A stretch of 64,000 bases of DNA from Candidatus Poribacteria bacterium (GTDB lineage: Bacteria; Poribacteria; WGA-4E; JAJDTR01), in assembly GCA_965222225.1 (NCBI GenBank), contig CBDCTK010000002.1, forward strand, positions 4,352,001-4,416,000, written 5' to 3'. Shown here piece after piece: positions 8,846 through 17,675 of the stretch. Every line of letters starts with the position of its first letter. The first letter of the stretch is position 1. The notes under the pieces were generated by a model, which was not told the DNA's origin, made no database searches, and worked only from the letters and a program-made list of their open reading frames with translations. Made by a program: the position numbers and the translations under genes.

Positions 8846-9199
8846 ATGGAGTATACACTCAAGAATTGCCAAGAATTAGTAGATGAATGGATTCAAACCA
8901 TCGGTATCCGATATTTCTCCGAGTTGACGAATATCGCCATCTTAATGGAGGAGGTAGGAGAGTTGGCGCGGATTGCGGCTCGCGAGTACGGCGATCAGAG
9001 CTATAAGGAATCTGACAAGTCGGTCAACTTGGCTGAGGAGATGGCGGATGTGCTGTTCGTGCTCGTCTGTTTGGCGAATCAAACGGGGGTGGATTTGGAA
9101 GAGGCGTTTCGTAAATCAATTGAAAAGAAGACCAAGCGTGACAAGATCCGACATCGGGAAAACACAAAACTCTTTTCAGCGAAAGCCTCCGAGGGTTAA
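8846..9199 (+). CDS. MazG-like nucleotide pyrophosphohydrolase (YpjD family)
   Basis: YFSELTN, EEVGELAR, EEMADVLFV, ANQTGVDL. Confidence 0.9.
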   Translation: MEYTLKNCQELVDEWIQTIGIRYFSELTNIAILMEEVGELARIAAREYGDQSYKESDKSVNLAEEMADVLFVLVCLANQTGVDLEEAFRKSIEKKTKRDKIRHRENTKLFSAKASEG

Positions 9200-9208
9200 G
9201 TTTCCATT

Positions 9209-9787
9209 ATGAGCATGTTCCGCGAGCATTACATCGGCGGATTAATTGCCTACACGCTGTTCTTCGTACTTTCGTTCGGCGCTTCAATCTTCGGTCAGTT
9301 CGCGATGCAGGTGCCGCTTGAGCGAAATCCCACAATCCCTTTCAATCCGTGGGGCATTGGAGCGTGTTTTGTGGTTGCGGTGCTCTCGGGACTTTGGCCC
9401 GACGTGGACATCAAAAGCCGGAGTCAGCAGATTTTTTATCGAATTTTCCTCATATTTAGCACCATATTGATTCTTCGAAAGCAGTACTTCCAATCGGCAG
9501 TCTTGGGGATTTTTGCCATGCTGCCACTTCTCGGTAAACACCGCGGTTGGACACATTCCCGACTAACGATGCTGCTTTTGCCTGCCGTATTCCTCATACT
9601 ACCATTTTATTTTGAGGGCACTGTGGTCAGTTTCGACAACTTGAAGTCGTCCCAGAATCTGGATCTTTTTCGGTCAGGACTCCCTTTCTACACGGCGAGT
9701 TTGGTTGGGTATGCGACACATTTGCATTTGGACGGCATCCTATTGCACGCTCGAAAATCGCAGCAGCGGATGGCGAGATCCCGGTAG
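9209..9787 (+). CDS. Membrane-bound metal-dependent hydrolase (YdjM-like)
   Basis: Early His, PDVD, HRGWTHS and HLxLD motifs; several TM helices. Confidence 0.85.
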   Translation: MSMFREHYIGGLIAYTLFFVLSFGASIFGQFAMQVPLERNPTIPFNPWGIGACFVVAVLSGLWPDVDIKSRSQQIFYRIFLIFSTILILRKQYFQSAVLGIFAMLPLLGKHRGWTHSRLTMLLLPAVFLILPFYFEGTVVSFDNLKSSQNLDLFRSGLPFYTASLVGYATHLHLDGILLHARKSQQRMARSR

Positions 9788-9894
9788 CAGAGCCCAAACA
9801 CAATCGTTCTGGGCGAGTCTGACTCAGATAGTGGAATCTGGGCTTTTTCCGGTTTTCAAACTCAATTTTCAAACTCGGAAGGAGAGGCGGAATT

Positions 9895-10494
9895 GTGTTT
9901 GATTTTTGCCGCAGTATTTTACCCATCGCTACCGCGTTTGTCATCGCCGGGTGTGCCGATAATTCGGATCGGATGGATCTGAGGGTAGGGTTTTTTTTCA
10001 CTGAAGGCACTCGATCTCTAATAATGCCCTTTGAGCCCTATCACTATCCTGTCATGGATGTGAAAGACGATTTACGCGTGGGCAAAGACGTAGTATTAGC
10101 ACTTGCTAGGGCGTCTCGGCGCATTTTCGCTTCCGTTGAGGTGTTAGATTCATGTCCAACGCCGGAGTTGATAGTCGATAGACGGCTTAACCTTGTCATC
10201 ATAGCGCACGCTTTGCCGGGAGGAGGATCGCTTGGCTATCGGGGAGACGGTGTCCAAAATAGCAGCGAGGCTAGCAGGTCTCTGACTGCCAAACTGGCAT
10301 TTTACAGTCCTGAAATGATAGAAATCGCCGCTGTTACGGCGTCTGGAGAAGGGAAAGCTACGGCTAAAGGGATTCTGTTTGACTCCAGAAGGAGAGCTTT
10401 TGTCGGTGCGGTGAAGGCAGCCATCCGGAATCTTGGAGACGATGTGGCGCTGCAGATGTCTTCCAATCCTGAGATTCGCAAAACGGTGAAGTGA
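9895..10494 (+). CDS. Putative lipoprotein, hypothetical
   Basis: 199 aa, lipobox IAGC, purine-rich SD upstream. Confidence 0.6.
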   Translation: MFDFCRSILPIATAFVIAGCADNSDRMDLRVGFFFTEGTRSLIMPFEPYHYPVMDVKDDLRVGKDVVLALARASRRIFASVEVLDSCPTPELIVDRRLNLVIIAHALPGGGSLGYRGDGVQNSSEASRSLTAKLAFYSPEMIEIAAVTASGEGKATAKGILFDSRRRAFVGAVKAAIRNLGDDVALQMSSNPEIRKTVK

Positions 10495-10731
10495 ATGGAC
10501 ATGATTATTGGTTTGTAGTCCAAACATAAAATGAGGAAGGTATCAAAGGAAACCAAGGGGGCGGTTCTTCTACATATTTATCAGCGGTGTGATAGGCGTC
10601 GTCGGCTTGATTGCCATCATCAGGTGTGACGGCTTGGATAAAAAGGAGAGCGTATTCTCACGTAGATAGGTTTGTTCTAATTCCTGCCTCCGTAAGAGTG
10701 ATTTCCGAATTGCGTCCTGTCTGGAATCAGA

Positions 10732-10756
10732 GTCGCGATCAGGAGATCGCTCCTAC
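10732..10756. repeat. GTAG-type REP family (GTCGCGATCGGGAGATCGCTCCTAC); other copies ~16799-16823, 29608-29632, 34663-34686, ~44426-44450, 47271-47295, 51023-51047
   Basis: Imperfect palindrome ending CCTAC, repeated in intergenic regions, often inside ~100-150 bp composite elements. Confidence 0.8.
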
Positions 10757-10913
10757 AGAAGACGCGTGTTAATTGCGCTACTACAAACTGAACAACGTAA
10801 GTCCTATATGTAAAATTCTTAGTTTGTAATGACTTATAGACAGTCTTCTATTGTGCCCTGGAAAGGTACAAGAAGCGGAGGACGCGATCTATGAACCATT
10901 CTGAAAAAAACAG

Positions 10914-10942
10914 TTGAACGCTTAACACATATATAGTATAAT
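10914..10942 (+). promoter_or_regulatory. sigma70-type promoter of the tcmP/DUF5131 pair
   Basis: TTGAAC-17-TATAAT. Confidence 0.65.
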
Positions 10943-10959
10943 TAGGGCAAGAAAAAGTA

Positions 10960-11826
10960 ATGGCTCAACATAAATTTGGTGGTGGTTGGACGAATGTAAA
11001 ACTAGAGCACGTACGCAAGTATCTCCGTGCTTACACAACTATAATGAATAGCTTTCATTTCCGTTTTGCCTATATTGATGCGTTTGCCGGGACGGGGTAT
11101 AGGACACTCAAAGAGAGTGACAATGCTACGGAATTGATGCTACCTAAAATGTTTGAGGAAGAGGTGCAGGAATTCCTTAATGGTTCCGCGCGGGTTGCGC
11201 TTGAGGTTACCCCTCGATTTGACAAATACATATTTATCGAGAAAGACGAAACTCACTTTAGCGAACTGCAGCAGTTAAAGGAACAGTTTTCAGATCTGCA
11301 AGCGGACATTGAACTCGTTCAGGATGAGACGAATACCTACCTTCAAAAATTGTGTGGTCACAATTGGCTCCGTGGGCAACGGCGAGCCGTGTTGTTCCTT
11401 GATCCCTATGGAATGGAGGTTAAGTGGAAAACAATAGAAGCAATCGCGAATACCCAAGCCATTGATTTGTGGCTACTTTTTCCCCTCGGAATTGCTGTAA
11501 ACAGGCTGCTGCGGAATGATGGCCAAATTGATCTAGCTGTACAGAATACACTCAACGAGTTTTTTGGAGCCGAAGACTGGTTTGAAGAGTTCTACAGGGA
11601 GGATGAAACACCCTCCCTTTTTGAAAACCTTCCGGGACAACAGAAGGTTGCAGATTTCAATTCAATTGAAACTTATTTCATTAGGCGTCTAGAATCAGTC
11701 TTTACGGAAGTTGCGAAGAATCCCCTGCGCCTATACAATAGCCGGAATAATCCACTGTACCTGCTCTGCTTTGCGGCGGGCAACTCAACTGCTGTAAAAA
11801 TTGCTCAAGACATCTTGAAACCGTAA
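10960..11826 (+). CDS. tcmP: Three-Cys-motif partner protein TcmP (methyltransferase-like fold)
   Basis: WTxxKL, YIDAFAGTG, GSARVAL, FLDPYG; adjacent to a DUF5131 gene. Confidence 0.85.
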   Translation: MAQHKFGGGWTNVKLEHVRKYLRAYTTIMNSFHFRFAYIDAFAGTGYRTLKESDNATELMLPKMFEEEVQEFLNGSARVALEVTPRFDKYIFIEKDETHFSELQQLKEQFSDLQADIELVQDETNTYLQKLCGHNWLRGQRRAVLFLDPYGMEVKWKTIEAIANTQAIDLWLLFPLGIAVNRLLRNDGQIDLAVQNTLNEFFGAEDWFEEFYREDETPSLFENLPGQQKVADFNSIETYFIRRLESVFTEVAKNPLRLYNSRNNPLYLLCFAAGNSTAVKIAQDILKP

Positions 11827-11832
11827 TCAAAA

Positions 11833-12663
11833 ATGGCATCGGAATCAAAAATAGAGTGGACGGAATCGACATGGAATCCGGTACGCGGCTGTGCTCGTGT
11901 CTCGGAAGGCTGCCGTTTCTGCTACGCGGAACGTATCGCCCAACGTTTCGCCGGCAAGGGTTTAGCCTATGAGGGACTTGCTATTCAAACGAAGGCTGGA
12001 CCGCGCTGGACAAATCGCATTAAGTATGTACCACACCTCTTAGAACAGCCGTTGAAATGGAAAAAACCCAAATTGATTTTCGTCAATTCTATGAGCGATC
12101 TTTTCCATGATGCAGTGCCTGTTGCCTATATCCGTAAAGTCTTTGACGTGATGCGCCAAGCGACTTGGCATCAATTCCAAGTGTTGACGAAACGCGCAGA
12201 GCGTTTACTGGAACTAAACCGTAAACTGGAGTGGTCCGACAATATTTGGATGGGTGTGAGCGTCGAAAATGGCGATTATCAGTTTCGCATAGATTTGCTG
12301 CGTCAGAGCAAGGCGCGCTTCAAGTTTCTCTCGCTTGAACCCTTACTTGGCCCCCTTCTGGAATTGGATCTTACGGGAATCGACTGGGTGATTGTTGGAG
12401 GCGAGTCGGGGCCCGGTGCGAGGCCGATGAAGGAGGATTGGGTGCTGGAAATCCAAGATAACTGCAAAGCGTCCGGTGTTCCATTTTTCTTCAAACAGTG
12501 GGGCGGCGTGCGCAAAAAACGAGCGGGACGGGAACTTCAGGGACGGACATGGGACGAATTGCCTGTAGCGATGAGGGATAGACCCCAATCGAGTAGAGGA
12601 GAAGATGAGAAATCACCTTCGCTGTTTCCTTATTCTATCCGAGTAGAAGGAGTGGTAACTTGA
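11833..12663 (+). CDS. DUF5131 / phage Gp37Gp68 family protein (Cx6Cx2C)
   Basis: SKIEWTESTWNPVRGC, CARVSEGCRFCYA, FVNSMSDLFH, LTKR, WVIVGGESG, FFFKQWGG. Confidence 0.92.
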   Translation: MASESKIEWTESTWNPVRGCARVSEGCRFCYAERIAQRFAGKGLAYEGLAIQTKAGPRWTNRIKYVPHLLEQPLKWKKPKLIFVNSMSDLFHDAVPVAYIRKVFDVMRQATWHQFQVLTKRAERLLELNRKLEWSDNIWMGVSVENGDYQFRIDLLRQSKARFKFLSLEPLLGPLLELDLTGIDWVIVGGESGPGARPMKEDWVLEIQDNCKASGVPFFFKQWGGVRKKRAGRELQGRTWDELPVAMRDRPQSSRGEDEKSPSLFPYSIRVEGVVT

Positions 12664-14273
12664 GAAGAATTCAAATCGCTAGATTCAGTGAGTTGGAAGA
12701 TCGACAGCCCATTCACGCGCTGGTCGGCGTTGTGGATCTGGTAGTCGTCAAGTATAATGATGACATCTCGGTACTGTACGGCAGATGCCTTCATCGCGGT
12801 GCGCTACTTGCCGACGGTCACATTGATGGACACAATCTAATTTGCGGGGTACACAACTGGGACTATCGCTACGACACGGGAATCAGCGAATACCATAACG
12901 AAGAGCGGTTGGAGAAATTCACAACGTGGGTTGAGGATGATAGGGTTCTAGTTGATGAAGATGAGATTCTCAGGTGGGAGAAGAATAATCCTCAGCCGTA
13001 CAAGCGTGACGAGTATCAGGGGGAATATCAGGATATACATGGTACGCCCGACGAGCCGTATGTAGATTATATCCGTCACCTCGCAAGTCACGGCTTATCC
13101 AAGGTGGGGCATCACGGCCGGGTGGATGCGATGGGCGTTCCACGGGACCAACTTCCAAAATGGGATGGCCTGCAATTCGTTACCGCCCAACTTCACAAGT
13201 TTCCGCAGTTGGATGATGTCGAGGTTGGTACCGAGCTTGTCATTGGGCCAAGAGCAGGGAAACCGCTCACTCTTGACATACCGATTTTTGTGTCGGACAT
13301 GAGTTTTGGCGCGCTGTCTGCCGAGGCGAAAACCGCCTTAGCACGGGGCGCAGAGATGGCGGGTACAGGGATATGTTCCGGCGAGGGTGGTATGCTCCCG
13401 GAGGAACAGGCTGAGAACAGCCGTTACTTTTACGAGTTGGCTTCGGCCAGGTTCGGTTTTTCGTTCGATAAACTAAACCTTGTGCAAGCCTTTCATTTCA
13501 AAGGGGGGCAAGGTGCCAAAACAGGTACCGGCGGTCACCTGCCGGGTGAGAAGGTGCAAGGGAAGATTGCCGAGGTGCGTGGTCTGATTGTCGGGCAACC
13601 GGCGGTCTCGCCCGCTCGATTCCCGGATTGGGATAGTTTGGATGATTTCAAGGGATTTTCCAGCGAGGTTCGCAAGGAGACAGGCGGCATCCCAATCGGT
13701 TTCAAGTTGTCGGCTCAGCACATTGAAGCAGATATCGAAGCGGCTCTCCAAGTCGGGGCCGATTACATCATTCTCGATGGTCGCGGCGGCGGGACAGGGG
13801 CAGCGCCGCTCATTTTCCGGGACAACATCTCGGTGCCGACAATGCCCGCCATCGCGCGCGCGCGGAAGTATTTGGATGAAACTGGGAACAGCGATGTTAC
13901 CTTGATTGCAACGGGCGGGCTGAGGAGTCCCGCGGACTTTTCGAAGGCGCTCGCACTAGGCGCGGACGGGGTGGCAATCGCAAATTCGGCAATGCAGGCG
14001 ATCGGTTGTGTGGGCATGAGAGCTTGCCATACCAACAATTGTCCGGTAGGGATCGCGACGCAGAAGGAGAGTCTTCGGGCGCGCCTCATCGTGGACGAGG
14101 CGGCTGCGCGGCTCAACCGCTTTCTCGGCGCGGCAACCGAATTGATGCAGACGCTTGCCCGTGCCTGTGGGCACGTGCATCTAAATCAGTTTTGTGCGGA
14201 CGACCTTACCACTTGGAATCGCGATATGGCTTATTTGACGGGCGTGAAATACGCCGGCGTGGTTGCGTTATAA
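12660..14273 (+). CDS. Rieske [2Fe-2S]-fused FMN-binding glutamate synthase family protein
   Basis: CLHRG..CGVH Rieske motif; MSFGALS, GEGG, GQGAK, DGRGGGTGA, CVGMRACHTNNCP. Confidence 0.9.
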   Translation: MRRIQIARFSELEDRQPIHALVGVVDLVVVKYNDDISVLYGRCLHRGALLADGHIDGHNLICGVHNWDYRYDTGISEYHNEERLEKFTTWVEDDRVLVDEDEILRWEKNNPQPYKRDEYQGEYQDIHGTPDEPYVDYIRHLASHGLSKVGHHGRVDAMGVPRDQLPKWDGLQFVTAQLHKFPQLDDVEVGTELVIGPRAGKPLTLDIPIFVSDMSFGALSAEAKTALARGAEMAGTGICSGEGGMLPEEQAENSRYFYELASARFGFSFDKLNLVQAFHFKGGQGAKTGTGGHLPGEKVQGKIAEVRGLIVGQPAVSPARFPDWDSLDDFKGFSSEVRKETGGIPIGFKLSAQHIEADIEAALQVGADYIILDGRGGGTGAAPLIFRDNISVPTMPAIARARKYLDETGNSDVTLIATGGLRSPADFSKALALGADGVAIANSAMQAIGCVGMRACHTNNCPVGIATQKESLRARLIVDEAAARLNRFLGAATELMQTLARACGHVHLNQFCADDLTTWNRDMAYLTGVKYAGVVAL

Positions 14274-14478
14274 GCAGAACATCCGGGATGGAGCGAGTAA
14301 TCAACGGATATTCTTCTTGAGCGCTTGTCGGCGCGAAGCGTAGAGATCCACTTGCGCTCGCTGGCCTCTCTGGTCGCTAACAGGATTTCTCGCTATCAAT
14401 ATATGACATTGAACTTGCGCGTTTCGGACTCTTGAAGCCAGTATGACTTTTGGAAGAAACCGAGTTTTCAAGAAAAAA

Positions 14479-14517
14479 GGCATTTCTATCGCGCTCCCTG
14501 TCCGGTCGCTTGATCCC
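14479..14517 (+). repeat. GGATCTCTATCGC-N18-YGAT micro-element; further copies at 16927, 20772, 24183, 26484, 34320, 34387, 34600, 34746, 40783, 44271, 45836, 50876, 62279 (+) and 63345..63382 (-)
   Basis: Conserved flanks and fixed TC/T/C spacers in an 18-nt core; variation concentrated in five dinucleotides. Confidence 0.85.
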
Positions 14518-14707
14518 ACTCTGGGGCTTGTGATGTTCGTGCAAAGAGTGTAAGGGACAAATCAGGGCTACGACAATCATATATCGGTTTCAAGGCCAGT
14601 ACTGTTACGGCGAATGGAAATTAAATCGAATGACCTCCCGATTCTGCCTGAACAATCTTTACTTTGCAGAAAAAGCGGGTTTTTGTCATCCGTGGGCGTA
14701 ATTCTTA

Positions 14708-16594
14708 CTAATAATGGAAGCGTTGCAGGCGAAGTCCCTTCTCGTACTCACGCCGTCGTTCTTGCGTCTCGGGATCGTCGCTCACCTCTGCTGCCGCGAT
14801 GTCCCACCACACGCCAGAATCCGGTAGGTAGTGATGGGGCTCAACATCTGCGACTATCACACAGGTTTGACGCTCGCCGCGGGCTTCCCGCAAGGCATGG
14901 CGCATGCCATCCGGTGTTGTTACATGCCATGAGCGCGCACCAAAACTCGCCGCGTTTTGCGCGAAGTCAATCTTCGTGTATTCGCCTTCAAGCCGATTCT
15001 TCTCACCATCCCGTGCCCGGAACTCATTGCCAAACCTGCGCCCTGCGCGGAGCATCTGCAAAGCGCTGATGGATTGGAAACCGTGATTTTCGGACACAAT
15101 CACGGTAAGCTTCAAGCCCTCTTGCATCGCCGTTACCAATTCCGTGGGGTTCATCAGATAGGTGCCGTCACCGATAAACACATAAACTTCCCCTTCCGGC
15201 TGTGTCATGCGGACTCCGAGTCCCGCAGGCATTTCGTAGCCCATACATGAATAGCCAAATTCAAGATGGCACTTCCGACCGCCTGTGGCATCCCACATCT
15301 TGATTAAATCTCCGGGCGTCGTTCCGGCGGCAGCGACAATCGTGTCCCCCGGCTGAGCCTGCTCGTTTACTACTTGGATTAACTTGCCTTGGCTCATTGC
15401 CTCGCCGGCGACTTCCTCCGACACAGCGGCGCCGAGTTGTTCTGTCCACTCCCGATTCAGGCGTTCTATTTCGCTAGTGTACGCCGTGTCAGGCTGAATC
15501 CCCACGCCCTCAGCGGCTTGCGTTAATGCCACTAGCGCCTCTCGCGCATCTGCGACTATGGGCACTCCGCTCTGCTTGTAGGCGTCGTGTCCTCCAACAT
15601 TGATATTGACAAATTTCACCCGAGGGTGATTGAACGCCGTTTGAGAGCCGGTCGCAAAATCCATCATGCGGCATCCGACGCTGATAACCAAGTCTGACTG
15701 ACTCGAGATTTTGGCTGCGGCAGGTGTGCCACTGACGCCCTGCCCTCCCAGAAGCAGCGGAGATGGGTTGCGCATTGCTCCTTTTCCGGCAAAGGTCTCG
15801 CTAACAGGGACACCGAATTTGGTGGAGAAGTCCTCAAGTGCCTTCCACGCCTCCGAATAATGGACGCCGCCGCCGGCAATTATCATCGGGCGTTCCGCCG
15901 CCCGTAACAGTCTCACAGCTTCGATAATGCGCTGCGGATCTGGTACGCGCCGTTCTACTCGCCATTCGCGTCGTTCAAAGAAATCCACGGGGTAATCGTA
16001 TGCATGAGCCTGCACGTCCTGCGGCAGTGAGATGGTGACGGGGCCCGTGTCGGCAGGATCTGTCAGTACCCGCATGGCTTCGGGAAGCGCGGTCAGGAGT
16101 TGCTCCGGTCGGGTGATGCGATCGAAAAACCGACTAACAGGTCGAAAACAGTCGTTGACGCTGACGTCGGCGGAGACAGGGTGTTCGAGTTGCTGCAACA
16201 CAACTCCCTGATATCGCGTGGCGTAGTAGTCGGATGGCAACAGTAGAACGGGCAGCCGGTTGGTGGCAGCCGTGGCTGCTCCGCTAATCATGTTCGTTGC
16301 TCCGGGGCCTATGGACGAGGTACAAGCGAGGGTAGCGAGTCGATAGTTAGCCTTCGCGAAACCGAGAGCAGTGTGCACCATGGACTGTTCGTTTCGGGGC
16401 TGGCGATACGGCAAGTCTTCGCCGTATTCGTACAGTGCTTGACCGAGACCGGCGACGTTGCCGTGCCCAAATATACCGAAGATGGATGGTATCAGTCGAC
16501 GGGATTTGCCATCGCGTTCACTGAATTGTACTTGTAGGTATTTGACGAGTGCCTGTGCCATTGTCAAACGAATGGATTCTTGTGATTGTGACAC
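14708..16594 (-). CDS. iolD: 3D-(3,5/4)-trihydroxycyclohexane-1,2-dione acylhydrolase (ThDP enzyme)
   Basis: IRLTMAQAL, IFGHGNVAG, SSIGPGATN, LQQLEHP, EFGYSCMGYE, GDG...N ThDP motif. Confidence 0.93.
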   Translation of the reverse strand: MSQSQESIRLTMAQALVKYLQVQFSERDGKSRRLIPSIFGIFGHGNVAGLGQALYEYGEDLPYRQPRNEQSMVHTALGFAKANYRLATLACTSSIGPGATNMISGAATAATNRLPVLLLPSDYYATRYQGVVLQQLEHPVSADVSVNDCFRPVSRFFDRITRPEQLLTALPEAMRVLTDPADTGPVTISLPQDVQAHAYDYPVDFFERREWRVERRVPDPQRIIEAVRLLRAAERPMIIAGGGVHYSEAWKALEDFSTKFGVPVSETFAGKGAMRNPSPLLLGGQGVSGTPAAAKISSQSDLVISVGCRMMDFATGSQTAFNHPRVKFVNINVGGHDAYKQSGVPIVADAREALVALTQAAEGVGIQPDTAYTSEIERLNREWTEQLGAAVSEEVAGEAMSQGKLIQVVNEQAQPGDTIVAAAGTTPGDLIKMWDATGGRKCHLEFGYSCMGYEMPAGLGVRMTQPEGEVYVFIGDGTYLMNPTELVTAMQEGLKLTVIVSENHGFQSISALQMLRAGRRFGNEFRARDGEKNRLEGEYTKIDFAQNAASFGARSWHVTTPDGMRHALREARGERQTCVIVADVEPHHYLPDSGVWWDIAAAEVSDDPETQERRREYEKGLRLQRFHY

Positions 16595-17179
16595 TTTCTA
16601 GCTGCCTCCTTTTTGGTTGTTCACGGTTTAATTATTCTTGGCTGAATCTATCTCGAGTTACGCATGTCAAAGGAAGTTCCAGGGGAATCGCATCCAATTT
16701 TTGATTGTAGAGGCCTCCTCTGCCATGCTTTAGACAGGACGTGCAATGAAAAGAGAAGGGGGAAATCGACGATTTAATGAGCGCCGATTCCACAAGAAAT
16801 CGTGACCGGGAGATCGCTCCTACCAGGACCTACACCTGTCGCCCGCTAAGGCTTGGGAGCGTGGGGTATCGGGATTCCTACACACCTTTGATAATCCCCG
16901 ATCGCCTTCGATTTGATTATTGAAGAGGGATTTCTATCGCACTCGCTATCCGCTCATTTTGATCCCCTACAATCAGGTGCGATTGCCCTGAAGGAAGTTC
17001 TCGATCAACCTGAGATAATATGATATACTGTTATGGCGTTGGATGCAACACTTCTCTAAACGAAATCAATTGCATTTGATGTGCGTGTGGGGTACACCAC
17101 GCCGCATTGCAGACTTACGGGCAATCGCAAGCCGTTTATGGGAAATCACCTAGTGCAAAACAGGTGAGTTAGGAGACTA

Positions 17180-17644
17180 ATGATGGCGTTTGATTCAAAA
17201 CTGCAACGACAGATCATGGGCCGCTTTGCAACCGGCGTCACACTTTTGACCGCGCGGTTTGACGAAGAGATCTTGGGTATGACGGCGAACGCGGTAATGT
17301 CACTTTCGCTTGAGCCGCCGCTGATTGTTGTCGCCGTTGACAAGGAGAACTCCATGCACGAGTGCCTGATTCAGGGTAAATGCTTCGCCCTAAATATGCT
17401 GCGTACGGACCAGGAAAAGATTTCGCGTCGATTTGCCATCTCCGGTCCCAAGGATTTTTCGGGGTTGAATCTGACCACGGCAGGCACCGGCGCTCCGATT
17501 TTAGTGGATGCAATTGCTTTTGTAGATTGCAAACTGGTTGAAATCCTTCCCGGCGGGGATCACGACATGTTTGTCGGTGAGCCGGTCGCCGGAGAAACAC
17601 GGGACGGAGAGCCACTGATATTTTACGGCGGCGAATATATGTAA
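17180..17644 (+). CDS. Flavin reductase-like protein (HpaC/RutF family)
   Basis: MGRFATGVT, GMTANA, SLSLEPP, GGDH, PLIFYGG. Confidence 0.92.
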   Translation: MMAFDSKLQRQIMGRFATGVTLLTARFDEEILGMTANAVMSLSLEPPLIVVAVDKENSMHECLIQGKCFALNMLRTDQEKISRRFAISGPKDFSGLNLTTAGTGAPILVDAIAFVDCKLVEILPGGDHDMFVGEPVAGETRDGEPLIFYGGEYM

Positions 17645-17675
17645 TCGTTAATGCGGTTTCTATAGCGACTTGTAG

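Noticed and set aside
16683-16745. Shared sequence with 26368..26430 as a specific regulator site
   Set aside because: The similarity is real but lies in repeat-rich DNA and looks like a decayed mobile-element end; function cannot be supported
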